DNA of 64,000 bases from positions 1,920,001 to 1,984,000 of the forward strand of contig OZ240248.1 in the NCBI GenBank assembly GCA_965198235.1, in the 5' to 3' direction. The notes below the pieces were generated by a model. That model was given only the letters and a program-made list of their open reading frames with translations, had not been told where the DNA came from and made no database searches. This DNA comes from Candidatus Poribacteria bacterium (GTDB lineage Bacteria > Poribacteria > WGA-4E > WGA-3G). A program made the translations under genes and the position numbers. Of the stretch, positions 18,702 through 28,013 are shown in pieces. The number at the start of each line of letters is the position of its first letter. The first letter of the stretch is position 1.

Positions 18702-19336
18702 CACCACGCGGCTTGCTTAAGAAATTCCAGTGCCATTAAAGTATGACCCTCTGCATTTGGGTGGACACCGTCTTGAGTTGTCCAGAGTGCGCCGGGGCGG
18801 GCGGCGACCGCGTTGTCAAAGGCGGTACTGGTTGGAATCAACCGTGCGTCGAACTCTTCCGCGAGTCTATGGATGCTTGCGTTGTAAGCATCTACGTCTA
18901 ATGGGCGCGGCGTATCAACATCTTCTTCGATATAGAAAATTTCAAAGAGGAAAAGTGCCGCGTCTAATTCAGTCTTCGCACGTGTGAGAATCCGTCGATA
19001 ACAATTCTCCCAAATCGGTAGATAGTCCGCTGTTGAAACGCCTTCCGCGTGCTGTCGGCTCGCATTGTTAATGCCGATCTTCACCGAGAGCCACTTCGGT
19101 TTTGCGTCAATGACATCGATGTCCCACCGATTTTCCAAACCCTCAACGATATCCCCACCAATGCCTTTATTGACATAGGTAATATGACGTTCCGGGTATT
19201 TTGCGGTGATGAGTTCGGTTATTTTGCGGACATAACCGTGTCCCAATGGGGCGTGCGCATCTCGTCGCCCACAATCTGTAATGCTATCCCCGATAAAAAG
19301 TACTTTATCTCCAGATTCAAACAATAAATTATTCAC
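18701..19336 (-). CDS. SGNH/GDSL hydrolase
   Basis: FIGDSITD, NKGIGG, IGINN, DGVHP. Confidence 0.92.
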   Translation of the reverse strand: MNNLLFESGDKVLFIGDSITDCGRRDAHAPLGHGYVRKITELITAKYPERHITYVNKGIGGDIVEGLENRWDIDVIDAKPKWLSVKIGINNASRQHAEGVSTADYLPIWENCYRRILTRAKTELDAALFLFEIFYIEEDVDTPRPLDVDAYNASIHRLAEEFDARLIPTSTAFDNAVAARPGALWTTQDGVHPNAEGHTLMALEFLKQAAW

Positions 19337-19366
19337 AAAGGTCTCCTAAATATGATATACTAAATT

Positions 19367-19483
19367 AGTTATCGGCTATCGGCTTGCTTCGCAGTGAGAA
19401 TTATCAGTTAAGTTTCCTTGAAGTATTACTGACGACTGACTGCTGACCGCTGATGGCTATTAAGATTGCTGATTACTGACTAC
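19367..19483. repeat. degenerate heptamer tandem repeats in a divergent intergenic region
   Basis: (tatcggc)2 on the left; ctgacga ctgactg ctgaccg ctgatgg ... ctgatta ctgacta on the right. Confidence 0.6.
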
Positions 19484-19559
19484 TATTCTATGGAAATTAT
19501 ATTGAGTAAAAATTATATTGAGTAACTTTAATCTATCACATTTTGAGTTATATGCCAAC

Positions 19560-20189
19560 ATGAAAGACATCGGTGTTCTACACGTCATCACGGATACGAT
19601 GCTACAATCTCGATTTACGCACGCCGAATTAGCGCAACTGGCAATCGAGGGCGGCGCAGATACGGTGCAATTCCGGCAGAAACACGGAACGACGCGCGAA
19701 TTAATCGCAACGGCACAGTCCATGCAAGCGGTATGCGCAAAACACAATGTGCCACTGATTGTAAACGATAGAGCCGATATCGCGCTGGCTGTCGGGGCGA
19801 CAGGCGCGCACTTTGGACAAGACGATATGCCTGTTTCTATCGGAAGGCAGATTCTATCCGCAGAAGCGATCCTTGGCGCATCTGCTCGAACCGAAGAGAA
19901 AATACTCGCGGCGATTTCAGAAGGTGCTGACTATATTGGATTTGGACCGATCTATGGAACCTCTTCAAAGCCGGACGCGGAAACGGCTAAGGGATTAGAG
20001 AGGCTCCGCCGGATGTGCGACATCGCGGCGTGTCCGGTTATCGCGATTGGCGGTATTGGTATTCAGACTGCAGGTGAAGTTATTCAAGCGGGAGCGCACG
20101 GCATCGCGGTCATCTCTGCTGTTTGCGCCCACCCTGAGCCACAGGTCGCAACACAGGCATTGCTGAACGAAATTCAGGAGGCGAAGTAG
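19560..20189 (+). CDS. thiE: thiamine phosphate synthase
   Basis: VQFRQK, LIVNDRADIA, HFGQDD, GADYIGFGPIY.T.SK, AIGGI. Confidence 0.95.
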   Translation: MKDIGVLHVITDTMLQSRFTHAELAQLAIEGGADTVQFRQKHGTTRELIATAQSMQAVCAKHNVPLIVNDRADIALAVGATGAHFGQDDMPVSIGRQILSAEAILGASARTEEKILAAISEGADYIGFGPIYGTSSKPDAETAKGLERLRRMCDIAACPVIAIGGIGIQTAGEVIQAGAHGIAVISAVCAHPEPQVATQALLNEIQEAK

Positions 20190-20196
20190 TTATAAT

Positions 20197-21657
20197 ATGG
20201 ATGACAGAGCCGTAGTCGAACGCCTCTCTAAACTGTTCAGAGAAATTGATGAGACTTATAATCCTGACCTTGATAAGATCGACGAGGTGTTCGTTCAGAA
20301 ATTGTGGCATGAGCAACGCTTTTTCGATACCAATATGGAGTCGATTGATAGGCGGGCAATTCGCGTGCTAAAGCCTGGGGTCTGGAATCATAACGAAGGT
20401 CCCGACTTTATGCACGCCGAGGTTGAAATTGATGGAAAACTACACGTCGGCGATGTCGAGATTCATGTCCAATCTTCGGAGTGGTATGCCCACAAACATC
20501 ACCTCAATTCCAGATATAACCGCGTTATTTTACATGCGGTGTTCTTTAACGACGACTTCAATCTGCGAACGCGGCTCCAGAACAATAGGCGCGTTCCGAC
20601 CCTGGAACTACTGAAATGGGTTGCCGTAGATACCGGTGATCTCCATGATGATACGCAAGACGCAGCAACAGCGGATGGGCTTTGTCGAGTAACGGGAAAG
20701 CAGCTGAACATAGAGGTACTGAAAGGTGTTTTTGAATCCTTAGGACGGGAACGGTTTTTGGAAAAGACGGAGTCGATGCGTTTGTTAAGAACGCGTCTTG
20801 ATTTCGAGCAACTTCTCTACGAAAGTATCATGGAAGCGTTGGGATACCAACGCAACAGCAAAGCGTTGAGAGAATTAGCACAGCATGTCCCGTTCACTGA
20901 TCTTGACCAGAAATCTGAACTGGAGATTCAAGCGATCCTTTTTGGAGTCGCCGGACTCTTACCCTCACAAAAGGAGAAACCACTGCCGCCGGAAGTAACA
21001 GATGATCCGAGCGTTGTAGCGTTAGAGGAATTGTGGCGTGGGTCAGAATATGCTGAACTTCCCCCACGTATGACGGAAGCACGCTGGAGTTTCACTGGGA
21101 GACCTCTGAACCATCCTACCCGACGTATTGCCGCGATAAGCCAGTTAATCCATCGCTCCCACGGAAGTCTGATGATGTATTTTCTGCCGACATGTGAAAA
21201 GGCGGCATCGGCAGACACACCAAAGTTGTTACGAACTATTGAAAGAGAACTTCGCTCGCTACTGATGATTAAACCCGTAGGCTACTGGGAAAAGCACTCT
21301 AACTTCGGGACAGGCGGCGCTCGGAATGCAGTATTGGTTGGAAAGGATCGGGCTATAGACATCATCGTCAATAAAATTCTGCCGGTCGCCTATATTTGGG
21401 CAATCGAAGCGGATAGTCAGAAGTTGCAGGAGGGAATCCTAAAACTTTACAGTGTCGTTTCCAAGTCAATAGGGAACCAGATTGTCCGTAAAATTGATGA
21501 ACAAATTTTCACAGAGGCGCAGCAGATGCGTCTTCTGAAGCCGACAGCTAAAATTGAACAGGGAATCATCCGTCTCCATAAAAATTATTGTGCTGACTGG
21601 CTCTGTGACCTATGCCCTATTTTAGAGCATGGCGCGGTTTCCTTGGAGGAAAGTTAG
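20197..21657 (+). CDS. DUF2851-family protein
   Basis: PGVWN..EGPDF, GDVEIH..SEW..H.H..N..YN.VILH, RPLNHPTRRI, C-terminal YC....CDLCP. Confidence 0.8.
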   Translation: MDDRAVVERLSKLFREIDETYNPDLDKIDEVFVQKLWHEQRFFDTNMESIDRRAIRVLKPGVWNHNEGPDFMHAEVEIDGKLHVGDVEIHVQSSEWYAHKHHLNSRYNRVILHAVFFNDDFNLRTRLQNNRRVPTLELLKWVAVDTGDLHDDTQDAATADGLCRVTGKQLNIEVLKGVFESLGRERFLEKTESMRLLRTRLDFEQLLYESIMEALGYQRNSKALRELAQHVPFTDLDQKSELEIQAILFGVAGLLPSQKEKPLPPEVTDDPSVVALEELWRGSEYAELPPRMTEARWSFTGRPLNHPTRRIAAISQLIHRSHGSLMMYFLPTCEKAASADTPKLLRTIERELRSLLMIKPVGYWEKHSNFGTGGARNAVLVGKDRAIDIIVNKILPVAYIWAIEADSQKLQEGILKLYSVVSKSIGNQIVRKIDEQIFTEAQQMRLLKPTAKIEQGIIRLHKNYCADWLCDLCPILEHGAVSLEES

Positions 21658-21658
21658 T

Positions 21659-22456
21659 ATGGGTTCGCACGTTACACCCTTAACGGATGAATCCTATTGG
21701 ACGACGCTTTGGGACGGTCAACGGCATAAGATTCGTCACCTACGGTGGGTTTATGTAGCGAACCGTCAGCTCGCTAAGTTGTTCGACCGAGCACTTTCAA
21801 GTTTTAAGCAACCGACGCTAATTGAGTTGGGATGCGCCGATTCTTTGTGGCTCCCTTACCTCGCTCAGAATTATGAAAGTGACTGCTATGGTGTTGATTT
21901 TTCGGAGTTAGGATGTCAACTTGCACGACGGAACCTTGCGCTTGCAGGTGTGGAGGGAACAATTCTCTGTGAAGATCTGTTCGCGTTTACGAAAAAATCT
22001 CACTCTACGTTTGACTTCGTTTACTCAATGGGATTGATTGAACATTTTAGTACACCGCAAGCAGTCTTAGAAGATATGTACAGCCTACTCAGACCGGGTG
22101 GAACAATGCTCACGGTAACGCCGAACCTGCGTGGTATGTATACACCGATAGCCCGCGTCGCGAGTCCGAAACTTCTTGCGACACACAAGGTAATTCCGCC
22201 AGCTGACCTCGCTTCGGCATTGCGAGACGCTGGATTTCAGGTCACGGAATTTGGATATACAGGCGGTCCCTTGAAATTGAGCGTTGTTGATTACTCGCCG
22301 TGGCGGGCAGTCATCGGTAGATGGGGGCATGAAGTACTTTGTAAGTGTGTCAATCTGACAGATATTATTCTTGGCAATCTATTAGTAGGGTTTCGTGTAC
22401 CGAACCAGCAGTTGACATCGCCTTATGTCTACGCACTTTGCACAAAACCAAAGTGA
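21659..22456 (+). CDS. class I SAM-dependent methyltransferase
   Basis: IELGCA, GVDFS, FDFVYSMGLIEHF, LRPGG. Confidence 0.85.
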   Translation: MGSHVTPLTDESYWTTLWDGQRHKIRHLRWVYVANRQLAKLFDRALSSFKQPTLIELGCADSLWLPYLAQNYESDCYGVDFSELGCQLARRNLALAGVEGTILCEDLFAFTKKSHSTFDFVYSMGLIEHFSTPQAVLEDMYSLLRPGGTMLTVTPNLRGMYTPIARVASPKLLATHKVIPPADLASALRDAGFQVTEFGYTGGPLKLSVVDYSPWRAVIGRWGHEVLCKCVNLTDIILGNLLVGFRVPNQQLTSPYVYALCTKPK

Positions 22457-22617
22457 GAGTGACGCAAGCGCAATTCTTTATTTTTCATATTACCGAAACG
22501 GTGATAGGACTGTCAACATTCTGAATTTAGTCAATGTTACAAGTTCGTTTGGTTCATTGTCTGTGGAGTGGCCAAAACGCTCGCTTCCACAATCTAACCT
22601 AAATAGGAGGATGTCTC

Positions 22618-23337
22618 ATGAAAACATTGTGTCTTTTGACGATCACGTTGCTTTGTGTCTCTGTGGCTATGGCAGAGGAGACCTTCTTTTCTGCATTGGA
22701 GAGCAAAGCGGAAGTTGAAAAAGAGGGCGGCACCGTTGATGGCGGAAGCTTCAAGCCCGGTAAATTTGGCAACGGTTTCGTTAGCGAAGCGGTTGGCGAT
22801 GTTATCCATTTCCCTGTGGATGATCGGTTCGTCAACCTCGACGAAGGTACCGTTGAGTTGTGGGTAACGATGGGTATGGATACCAGCTCCATCACGGGTG
22901 AACTTTTCACGTTCATGACTTACAAACGTGGCACCGACGCAGTATTTCTGCAGTTTAACACTGGCGGGATCGCACAGATGCGGATTAAAAGCGCGGGTTC
23001 ATGGCATAACGCCAACAGTGCTGCACTCAAGTGGCAAGAGGGAGAGCACCACCACATGGCAGGAACATGGGGACCTAACGGCTTGAAACTCTACTTAGAT
23101 GGCAAACTTGAGGGGGAAGCTCCCTTCAAAAAGGGACCTACCGTCTTCTCTGAAACCTTCGAGATTAACAACGCCTCTCCGCCCGATCCCAAATTCCCGA
23201 CGAATAGTGTCGTTGATGGGTTGCGACTCTCCGATCATCAGAAGGAACTCGATGAGTTTGTAATGGATGATCCGGCGTCTGTCGAGCCGATCGAAAAACT
23301 CACAACGACGTGGGCACGGATTAAGCGCGTCAGGTAA
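22618..23337 (+). CDS. secreted LamG/concanavalin-like protein with conserved C-terminal motif
   Basis: Signal peptide, GKFGNG, GTVELWV, HHMAGTW..LYLDG; ends VEPIEKLTTTWARIKRVR. Confidence 0.85.
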   Translation: MKTLCLLTITLLCVSVAMAEETFFSALESKAEVEKEGGTVDGGSFKPGKFGNGFVSEAVGDVIHFPVDDRFVNLDEGTVELWVTMGMDTSSITGELFTFMTYKRGTDAVFLQFNTGGIAQMRIKSAGSWHNANSAALKWQEGEHHHMAGTWGPNGLKLYLDGKLEGEAPFKKGPTVFSETFEINNASPPDPKFPTNSVVDGLRLSDHQKELDEFVMDDPASVEPIEKLTTTWARIKRVR

Positions 23338-23340
23338 CAA

Positions 23341-23520
23341 TTTTTAATGATTCCTTGCGGTTAAATGGCGGGCGTTGAGTATTGATGTGCCTTTTTTAGG
23401 AGTCGCCCTCCATTTCATTACGGGCTTGGTTTTTGATTTTTTAATTAAGATGGACGCAATTCCCTTTTTAATGATACTTTGCGGTTAAATGGTGCGCGTT
23501 GAGTCCCGAACCGCAAGAGA
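23341..23520 (-). repeat. dispersed repeat arm (23341-23427) and partial tandem copy (23465-23520)
   Basis: TTTTTAATGAT.C.TTGCGGTTAAATGG..GCGTTGAGT occurs twice; CGCCCTCCATTTCATTACGGGCT end matches the 4229 arm. Confidence 0.8.
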
Positions 23521-23574
23521 CCTAGCTTCGGGCGTTTCATAGCATCAAAACCTTACACAAGGGGGCTTATAAGC

Positions 23575-24642
23575 ATGTACAAAATGGAGAGTCCGCTTTT
23601 CACGGCGGGGACAGAGGGATACCATACGTTCCGGATTCCCGCGCTTGTCCGGTCGAATGAGGAAACGCTATTGGCGTTCTGTGAGGGTAGGCGTACAGGT
23701 GGCGGGGATTCAGGGAACATCGATATTGTCCTGAAACGGAGTTTCGACAACGGCGAGAGTTGGCAACCGATGCAAATCGCTGTTTCCACGGGAACCGATA
23801 CGGATGGCAACCCCGCACCAGTGGTTGATCGGGACACGGGGACAATCTGGCTACTTTTCTGCAAGAATCTCGCTGACGGTGCCGAAGGAAAGATTGTTGC
23901 CGGAGAAGCACCGCGCACCGTTTGGGTGACCTCCAGTAACGACGATGGGGAAACCTGGTCGGAACCGAGAGAGGTCACAGCCACGACGAAAGGCGAGGAG
24001 TGGACGTGGTATGCAACCGGTCCCTGCCACGGGATTCAATTGGCAAATGGCAGATTCGTCATTCCGTGTGACCATGTGCTTGGAAACAACCGGGACTACG
24101 CCCAATATGGCTACTCACACCTGATTATCAGCGACGATCATGGTGAAACGTGGCGGATAGCTGGCAAAGCGCAACCGGGGACCAATGAATCGGTTGTCGT
24201 TGAAACGGTGGGCGGTGGACTCTATTTTAACTGTCGGAACTACGTCGCGCCGAAGCGGCGTGCCTATGCAAGAAGCAGTGACAGCGGCGATACATTCACA
24301 GAATTCGGTTATGAAGAGGACCTTATTGAACCCATCTGTCAGGCGAGTATGGTGCGCTATACGGATGCGAATCAACATGACAAGAACCGCGTCTTGTTCT
24401 CTAATCCCGCCAGCACGAGTCGTGAACGGATGACGATTCGCATCAGTTACGATGAGTGTCAAAGTTGGAGTAGCGGCAAAGTCTTGCACGCGGGTCCCGC
24501 GGCGTATTCTGATCTCTGTATCGCCTCGGACATGCGTATATGCTGTCTCTATGAGCGTGGTGAGAACGGTGCTTACGAGACGTTGTCGTTCGCAAAGTTC
24601 GATCTGGCGTGGCTGACAGATGGAGAGGATACGTTGGCGTGA
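23575..24642 (+). CDS. exo-alpha-sialidase (GH33-like, BNR/Asp-box repeats)
   Basis: FRIP motif, Asp-boxes SFDNGESW, SNDDGETW, SDDHGETW, SSDSGDTF; AYSDL, LYERG. Confidence 0.9.
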   Translation: MYKMESPLFTAGTEGYHTFRIPALVRSNEETLLAFCEGRRTGGGDSGNIDIVLKRSFDNGESWQPMQIAVSTGTDTDGNPAPVVDRDTGTIWLLFCKNLADGAEGKIVAGEAPRTVWVTSSNDDGETWSEPREVTATTKGEEWTWYATGPCHGIQLANGRFVIPCDHVLGNNRDYAQYGYSHLIISDDHGETWRIAGKAQPGTNESVVVETVGGGLYFNCRNYVAPKRRAYARSSDSGDTFTEFGYEEDLIEPICQASMVRYTDANQHDKNRVLFSNPASTSRERMTIRISYDECQSWSSGKVLHAGPAAYSDLCIASDMRICCLYERGENGAYETLSFAKFDLAWLTDGEDTLA

Positions 24643-24657
24643 TGCTCTTTTTCTGTT

Positions 24658-24682
24658 GTAGTGCGGGGTCTTGTGCCCCGCC
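24658..24682 (+). repeat. REP-like palindrome
   Basis: GTAG-t-GCGGGG-tcttgtg-CCCCGC. Confidence 0.55.
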
Positions 24683-24725
24683 AAACGCTCCGCTTTACAA
24701 GGTTCTCACTATCCGTAAACTTGAT

Positions 24726-24754
24726 TTGAAAGCAACAGCATTTCATGCTAAAAT
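24726..24754 (+). promoter_or_regulatory. sigma70-type promoter with extended -10, upstream of PIN gene copy 2
   Basis: TTGAAA (24726-24731), 17 bp, TGc-TAAAAT (24746-24754); same geometry as at 544-572. Confidence 0.6.
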
Positions 24755-25479
24755 ATGTAACGATAAAGCCGAGAGTTTATATTGAGCCAACGGTTATTAG
24801 CCACTTAGTAGCACGTCCAAGTGATGATGCAATCTTGGCTTCCTGGCAAAGAGCAAGTCGGAGGCTATGGGAGAATTATGCAGATAGGTTTGAGTTCGTT
24901 ATTTCACGCGTAGTTCGCGCCGAAATACGACAGGGTGATGCAACCGCAGCACAGCAGCGACTTGCAGTGGTATCCGCGCTAACCGTATTAGAAAGTTTAC
25001 CTGAGGTGGATACGCTTGTGCAAAAACTGCTTAATTCTGGTGCAGTGCCGCGGAATTCTCCGCTTGATGCATAGCATATCGCTATTGCAACGGTACATGG
25101 TATTGAATATTTGGTATCATGGAACCATAAACATATTGTAAATGAAAACAAGCGTGAGCATATTAATCGAGTCTGCCAAGCGGCAGGATTTCAACCCATA
25201 ACCCTCTGCACACCGATAGAACTGATGGAGGACATTCAGATGAAAGAAAAAGAAACCTCAGAAAAGCAGGTAGAATTTGACCCTGAAACGTACACAAATC
25301 CTATCCTCGAAGAATGTTATCGAATTAAAGCAGAGATTAGTGCTCAATTCAAAACCCTGGAGGAATTCTTTGCGTATGTGAAAGCCGGAGAGGAAGAGGA
25401 TAAACGGAACGGCATAAAATATGTCTCGTACTTTGATCCGTCCAAACACACACCGCCAGAAAAATCTGAAGACGACTAA
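24745..25479 (+). pseudogene. PIN/VapC-family toxin fused to an antitoxin-like tail, interrupted by in-frame TAG at 25072-25074
   Basis: KPRVYIEPTVISHLVARPS...PLDA*HIAIATVHGIEYLVSWNHKH; paralog has CAG (Q) at the stop. Confidence 0.8.
25240..25479 (+). CDS. putative separately translated antitoxin-like small protein
   Basis: GGAGGA upstream of in-frame ATG 25240; NPILEECYRIKAEISAQF motif. Confidence 0.45.
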   Translation: MKEKETSEKQVEFDPETYTNPILEECYRIKAEISAQFKTLEEFFAYVKAGEEEDKRNGIKYVSYFDPSKHTPPEKSEDD

Positions 25480-25484
25480 CCACG

Positions 25485-25512
25485 AGCGGGAACTCTGGTT
25501 CCCGCTGTTTTT
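25485..25512 (+). terminator. intrinsic terminator
   Basis: AGCGGGAAC-tctg-GTTCCCGCT followed by GTTTTT, 5 bp after the stop. Confidence 0.7.
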
Positions 25513-25567
25513 GTGACGAATTATTGTAATGTGCCAGAAGCTTCCGAAAATAGGTTAGGATATTCTA

Positions 25568-27127
25568 TTGAAAAATAAAAACAAATTGTCCTATAAGCGA
25601 TCGCTTCGTTCTGTACAATATCTGACTGCTGTGACAGTCCTACTGCTTTGTCTAACCACTGCAGCGCCTGCCCAGACTGGCGAACAGATCGCCGAAAAAG
25701 CATTAGCCGCTACTGTGTACTTAGAGATGCAGGGTAGCAATGGAAGGACACTCGGATTTGGCAGCGGATTCTTTGTGAGAGAAAATCTGATTGCCACCAA
25801 CTATCATGTCATTGAAGGAGCTACACGAGGCACAGCAAAGTTAGTTGGTAAGTACACGACATACGCGATTGAAGGCATCACAGCAACTGATGAAACAAAC
25901 GACCTTGCACTTCTAAAGGTCAACGCCTATGGAGTTAAACCCCTTCCGCTCGGTGATAGTGACAATGTTAGAATCGGCGCGACAGTGTACGTCGCAGGCA
26001 ATCCGAAAGGATTAGAAGGCACATTCTCAGATGGCATCATCAGTAGTCGTCGCGACAGATACACAAAAGAACGCCTCCAGATGACTGCACCTATCTCTCC
26101 AGGAAGCAGTGGGGGTCCCGTGCTAAACAGAATAGGAGAAGTTATCGGGGTATCAGTAGCGAGTTACCATAATCTGGCTTCCCAAAATCTAAATTTCGCC
26201 ATTCCATCAAACTGCCTCAAAGCACTACTCACCCACTCTGTCACAAACAACCCTTTGTGGCAAGGCAGTCAATCAATATCTGCTGAAACCTACTTCAAGT
26301 GGGGAAATACGAAGTATAATATTGGGCTATATCAGGAAGCTATCTTGGATTATGACAAGGCTATCAATTTAAAGCCTGGCTATGCTGAAACATACAACAA
26401 TCGAGGATTTGCAAAGAATAACTTAGGACAACATTTTCCTGCTATCTTTGACTTTGACATAGCTATCCAACTCAAACCTGATTTTGCTGATGCATATAAC
26501 AATCGGGGAAATGCAAAGGCAAATTTGAATCAACACTTCGCTGCTATCTCTGACTATGATACTGTCATTCGTCTCAGACCGGACTACGCCGGAGGTTACT
26601 ACAACCGCGGAATTGAGAAGTACTATCTAGGACAGTATAAAGAAGCTATAACAGATTACGATACGGCTATCCATCTAAAACCGGATTTAGTAGAAACCTA
26701 TGTCAATAGGGGAATTGCGAAGGATAGACTAAGGCAACACTTTGCTGCTATCTCTGACTATGACGTGGCCATCCGATTAAAACCGAATTATCCAGATGCC
26801 TACCATGCTCGAGGAAATGCAAAGATAAAGTTGGAGCAATACGATGCGGCCGTAACAGACTATAACCAAGCTATCCACCTAAAATCAGATTATGCCGAGG
26901 CCTACAATGGTAGGGGAATTGCAAAGGCTTTAGCTGACTTTGACATAGTACTCCAACTCAACCCCAATTTAGCCGAGCCTTACTATAATAGGGGACTTGC
27001 CCAGGCTTCGCAGGAGCACATTGGGGAGGCGAAGAAAGATTTCCAGACAGCATTAAGGCTAGCGGAAGAAGGCGGCGATGAGAGGTTAAGATTACTAATT
27101 GAAAGGGCACTTCGTATATTAGGATAA
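25568..27127 (+). CDS. secreted trypsin-like serine protease with C-terminal TPR array
   Basis: GSGF, ATNYHV, DLALL, ISPGSSGGPV triad motifs; repeated 34-aa AYNNRG-type TPRs; start codon uncertain. Confidence 0.9.
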   Translation: MKNKNKLSYKRSLRSVQYLTAVTVLLLCLTTAAPAQTGEQIAEKALAATVYLEMQGSNGRTLGFGSGFFVRENLIATNYHVIEGATRGTAKLVGKYTTYAIEGITATDETNDLALLKVNAYGVKPLPLGDSDNVRIGATVYVAGNPKGLEGTFSDGIISSRRDRYTKERLQMTAPISPGSSGGPVLNRIGEVIGVSVASYHNLASQNLNFAIPSNCLKALLTHSVTNNPLWQGSQSISAETYFKWGNTKYNIGLYQEAILDYDKAINLKPGYAETYNNRGFAKNNLGQHFPAIFDFDIAIQLKPDFADAYNNRGNAKANLNQHFAAISDYDTVIRLRPDYAGGYYNRGIEKYYLGQYKEAITDYDTAIHLKPDLVETYVNRGIAKDRLRQHFAAISDYDVAIRLKPNYPDAYHARGNAKIKLEQYDAAVTDYNQAIHLKSDYAEAYNGRGIAKALADFDIVLQLNPNLAEPYYNRGLAQASQEHIGEAKKDFQTALRLAEEGGDERLRLLIERALRILG

Positions 27128-27281
27128 CGCAAGTTGCCACCTATTTATAGACATAGCACCCCTACGGGGTGCAGTCGCTTTAATACACCGTTTTCTATAG
27201 ACATATCACCCCTATGGGGTGGGAAAGTGCATGAAAAACCTTGTTGAAACGTCCAAGATTTGTTAGTAGCAACTTGGGTTA
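27125..27281. mobile_element. 157-bp MITE-like element
   Basis: 16-bp terminal inverted repeats with 2 mismatches (TAACGCAAGTTGCCAC / GTAGCAACTTGGGTTA); internal direct repeat TATAGACATA.CACCCCTA.GGGGTG twice; GGA on both flanks. Confidence 0.65.
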
Positions 27282-27372
27282 GGATAGCAAATTGGAGGCG
27301 TGAGAAAACTAAATGTTCCCGATAGGCGCAAAGGTACGAGGACTCATCCTTATGAGTAAGGATATGAGAATC

Positions 27373-27465
27373 CTACCGCAAATATTCCTCTCCCCGATGC
27401 TCTGCAATCCATGTCTTCAGCGGAACATCTGCATCTGTGGGTTGCCACCAGCCCTTGAAATCCAC
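27373..27465 (-). pseudogene. displaced duplicate of the 3' end of the phyH gene 28014-28871
   Basis: 27373-27456 encodes KGWWQPTDADVPLKTWIAEHRGEEYLR*, identical in protein to 28014-28097 with 10 synonymous differences. Confidence 0.9.
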
Positions 27466-27467
27466 GA

Positions 27468-27884
27468 CTAGGAAAAGAAAAACGACTTGATGAGTGCCAA
27501 AATCGCTATAACAGTAGAGACAATAATACCGCCGATTTTCCACCGTTCATTGGTATCCGTCTTACGCTCACTGATGTTGGGGACAACGCTGTCAATTTTG
27601 GATTCCACCCGTTGTGAATCTGTTGTTAACTTGGACTCCATCCCTTGCAAATCTGCTGTTAGTTTGGACTCCACGCGGTCCAAACCTCCATCAATTTTGG
27701 ATTCTAACCGTTGCAAATCTCCAGCTAACTTTATATCTGCAGTTTCCGACCGGCGACGATCGTCAGCTTGTTGTAATTTCACATCGGTTATATCTCTCTG
27801 TAGACCGCCTACATTCTTTCGTAGGTCTTTTACGTCCTCTGCAAGTTCAGATAACTTTTGTAGAATCAATTCATCTCTATCCAT
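27468..27884 (-). CDS. coiled-coil protein with 11-residue repeats and C-terminal membrane anchor
   Basis: KLAGDLQRLES/KIDGGLDRVES/KLTADLQGMES/KLTTDSQRVES; terminal IGGIIVSTVIAILALI; GGGAG RBS. Confidence 0.7.
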   Translation of the reverse strand: MDRDELILQKLSELAEDVKDLRKNVGGLQRDITDVKLQQADDRRRSETADIKLAGDLQRLESKIDGGLDRVESKLTADLQGMESKLTTDSQRVESKIDSVVPNISERKTDTNERWKIGGIIVSTVIAILALIKSFFFS

Positions 27885-28013
27885 TTTGGTGTTCTCCCAT
27901 TTTTACCATCACGAATCTCGTTTAAACATTTCTTCTAATTATCCGATATTCAACACCAAAATTCAAGAAAAAACGCCAAACGAGAAACAAACATGGTGAG
28001 ATGTACAAAGTTT

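Noticed and set aside
19400-19559. TPP riboswitch upstream of thiE
   Set aside because: No CTGAGA...ACCTGA...GCGxAGGGA core; the region is AT-rich with heptamer repeats.
25072-25074. TAG recoding (pyrrolysine or alternative code)
   Set aside because: TAG ends many conserved genes here (sdhA, rpmE, prmC, thiE), RF1 is present, and the paralog is broken by TAA at a different site.
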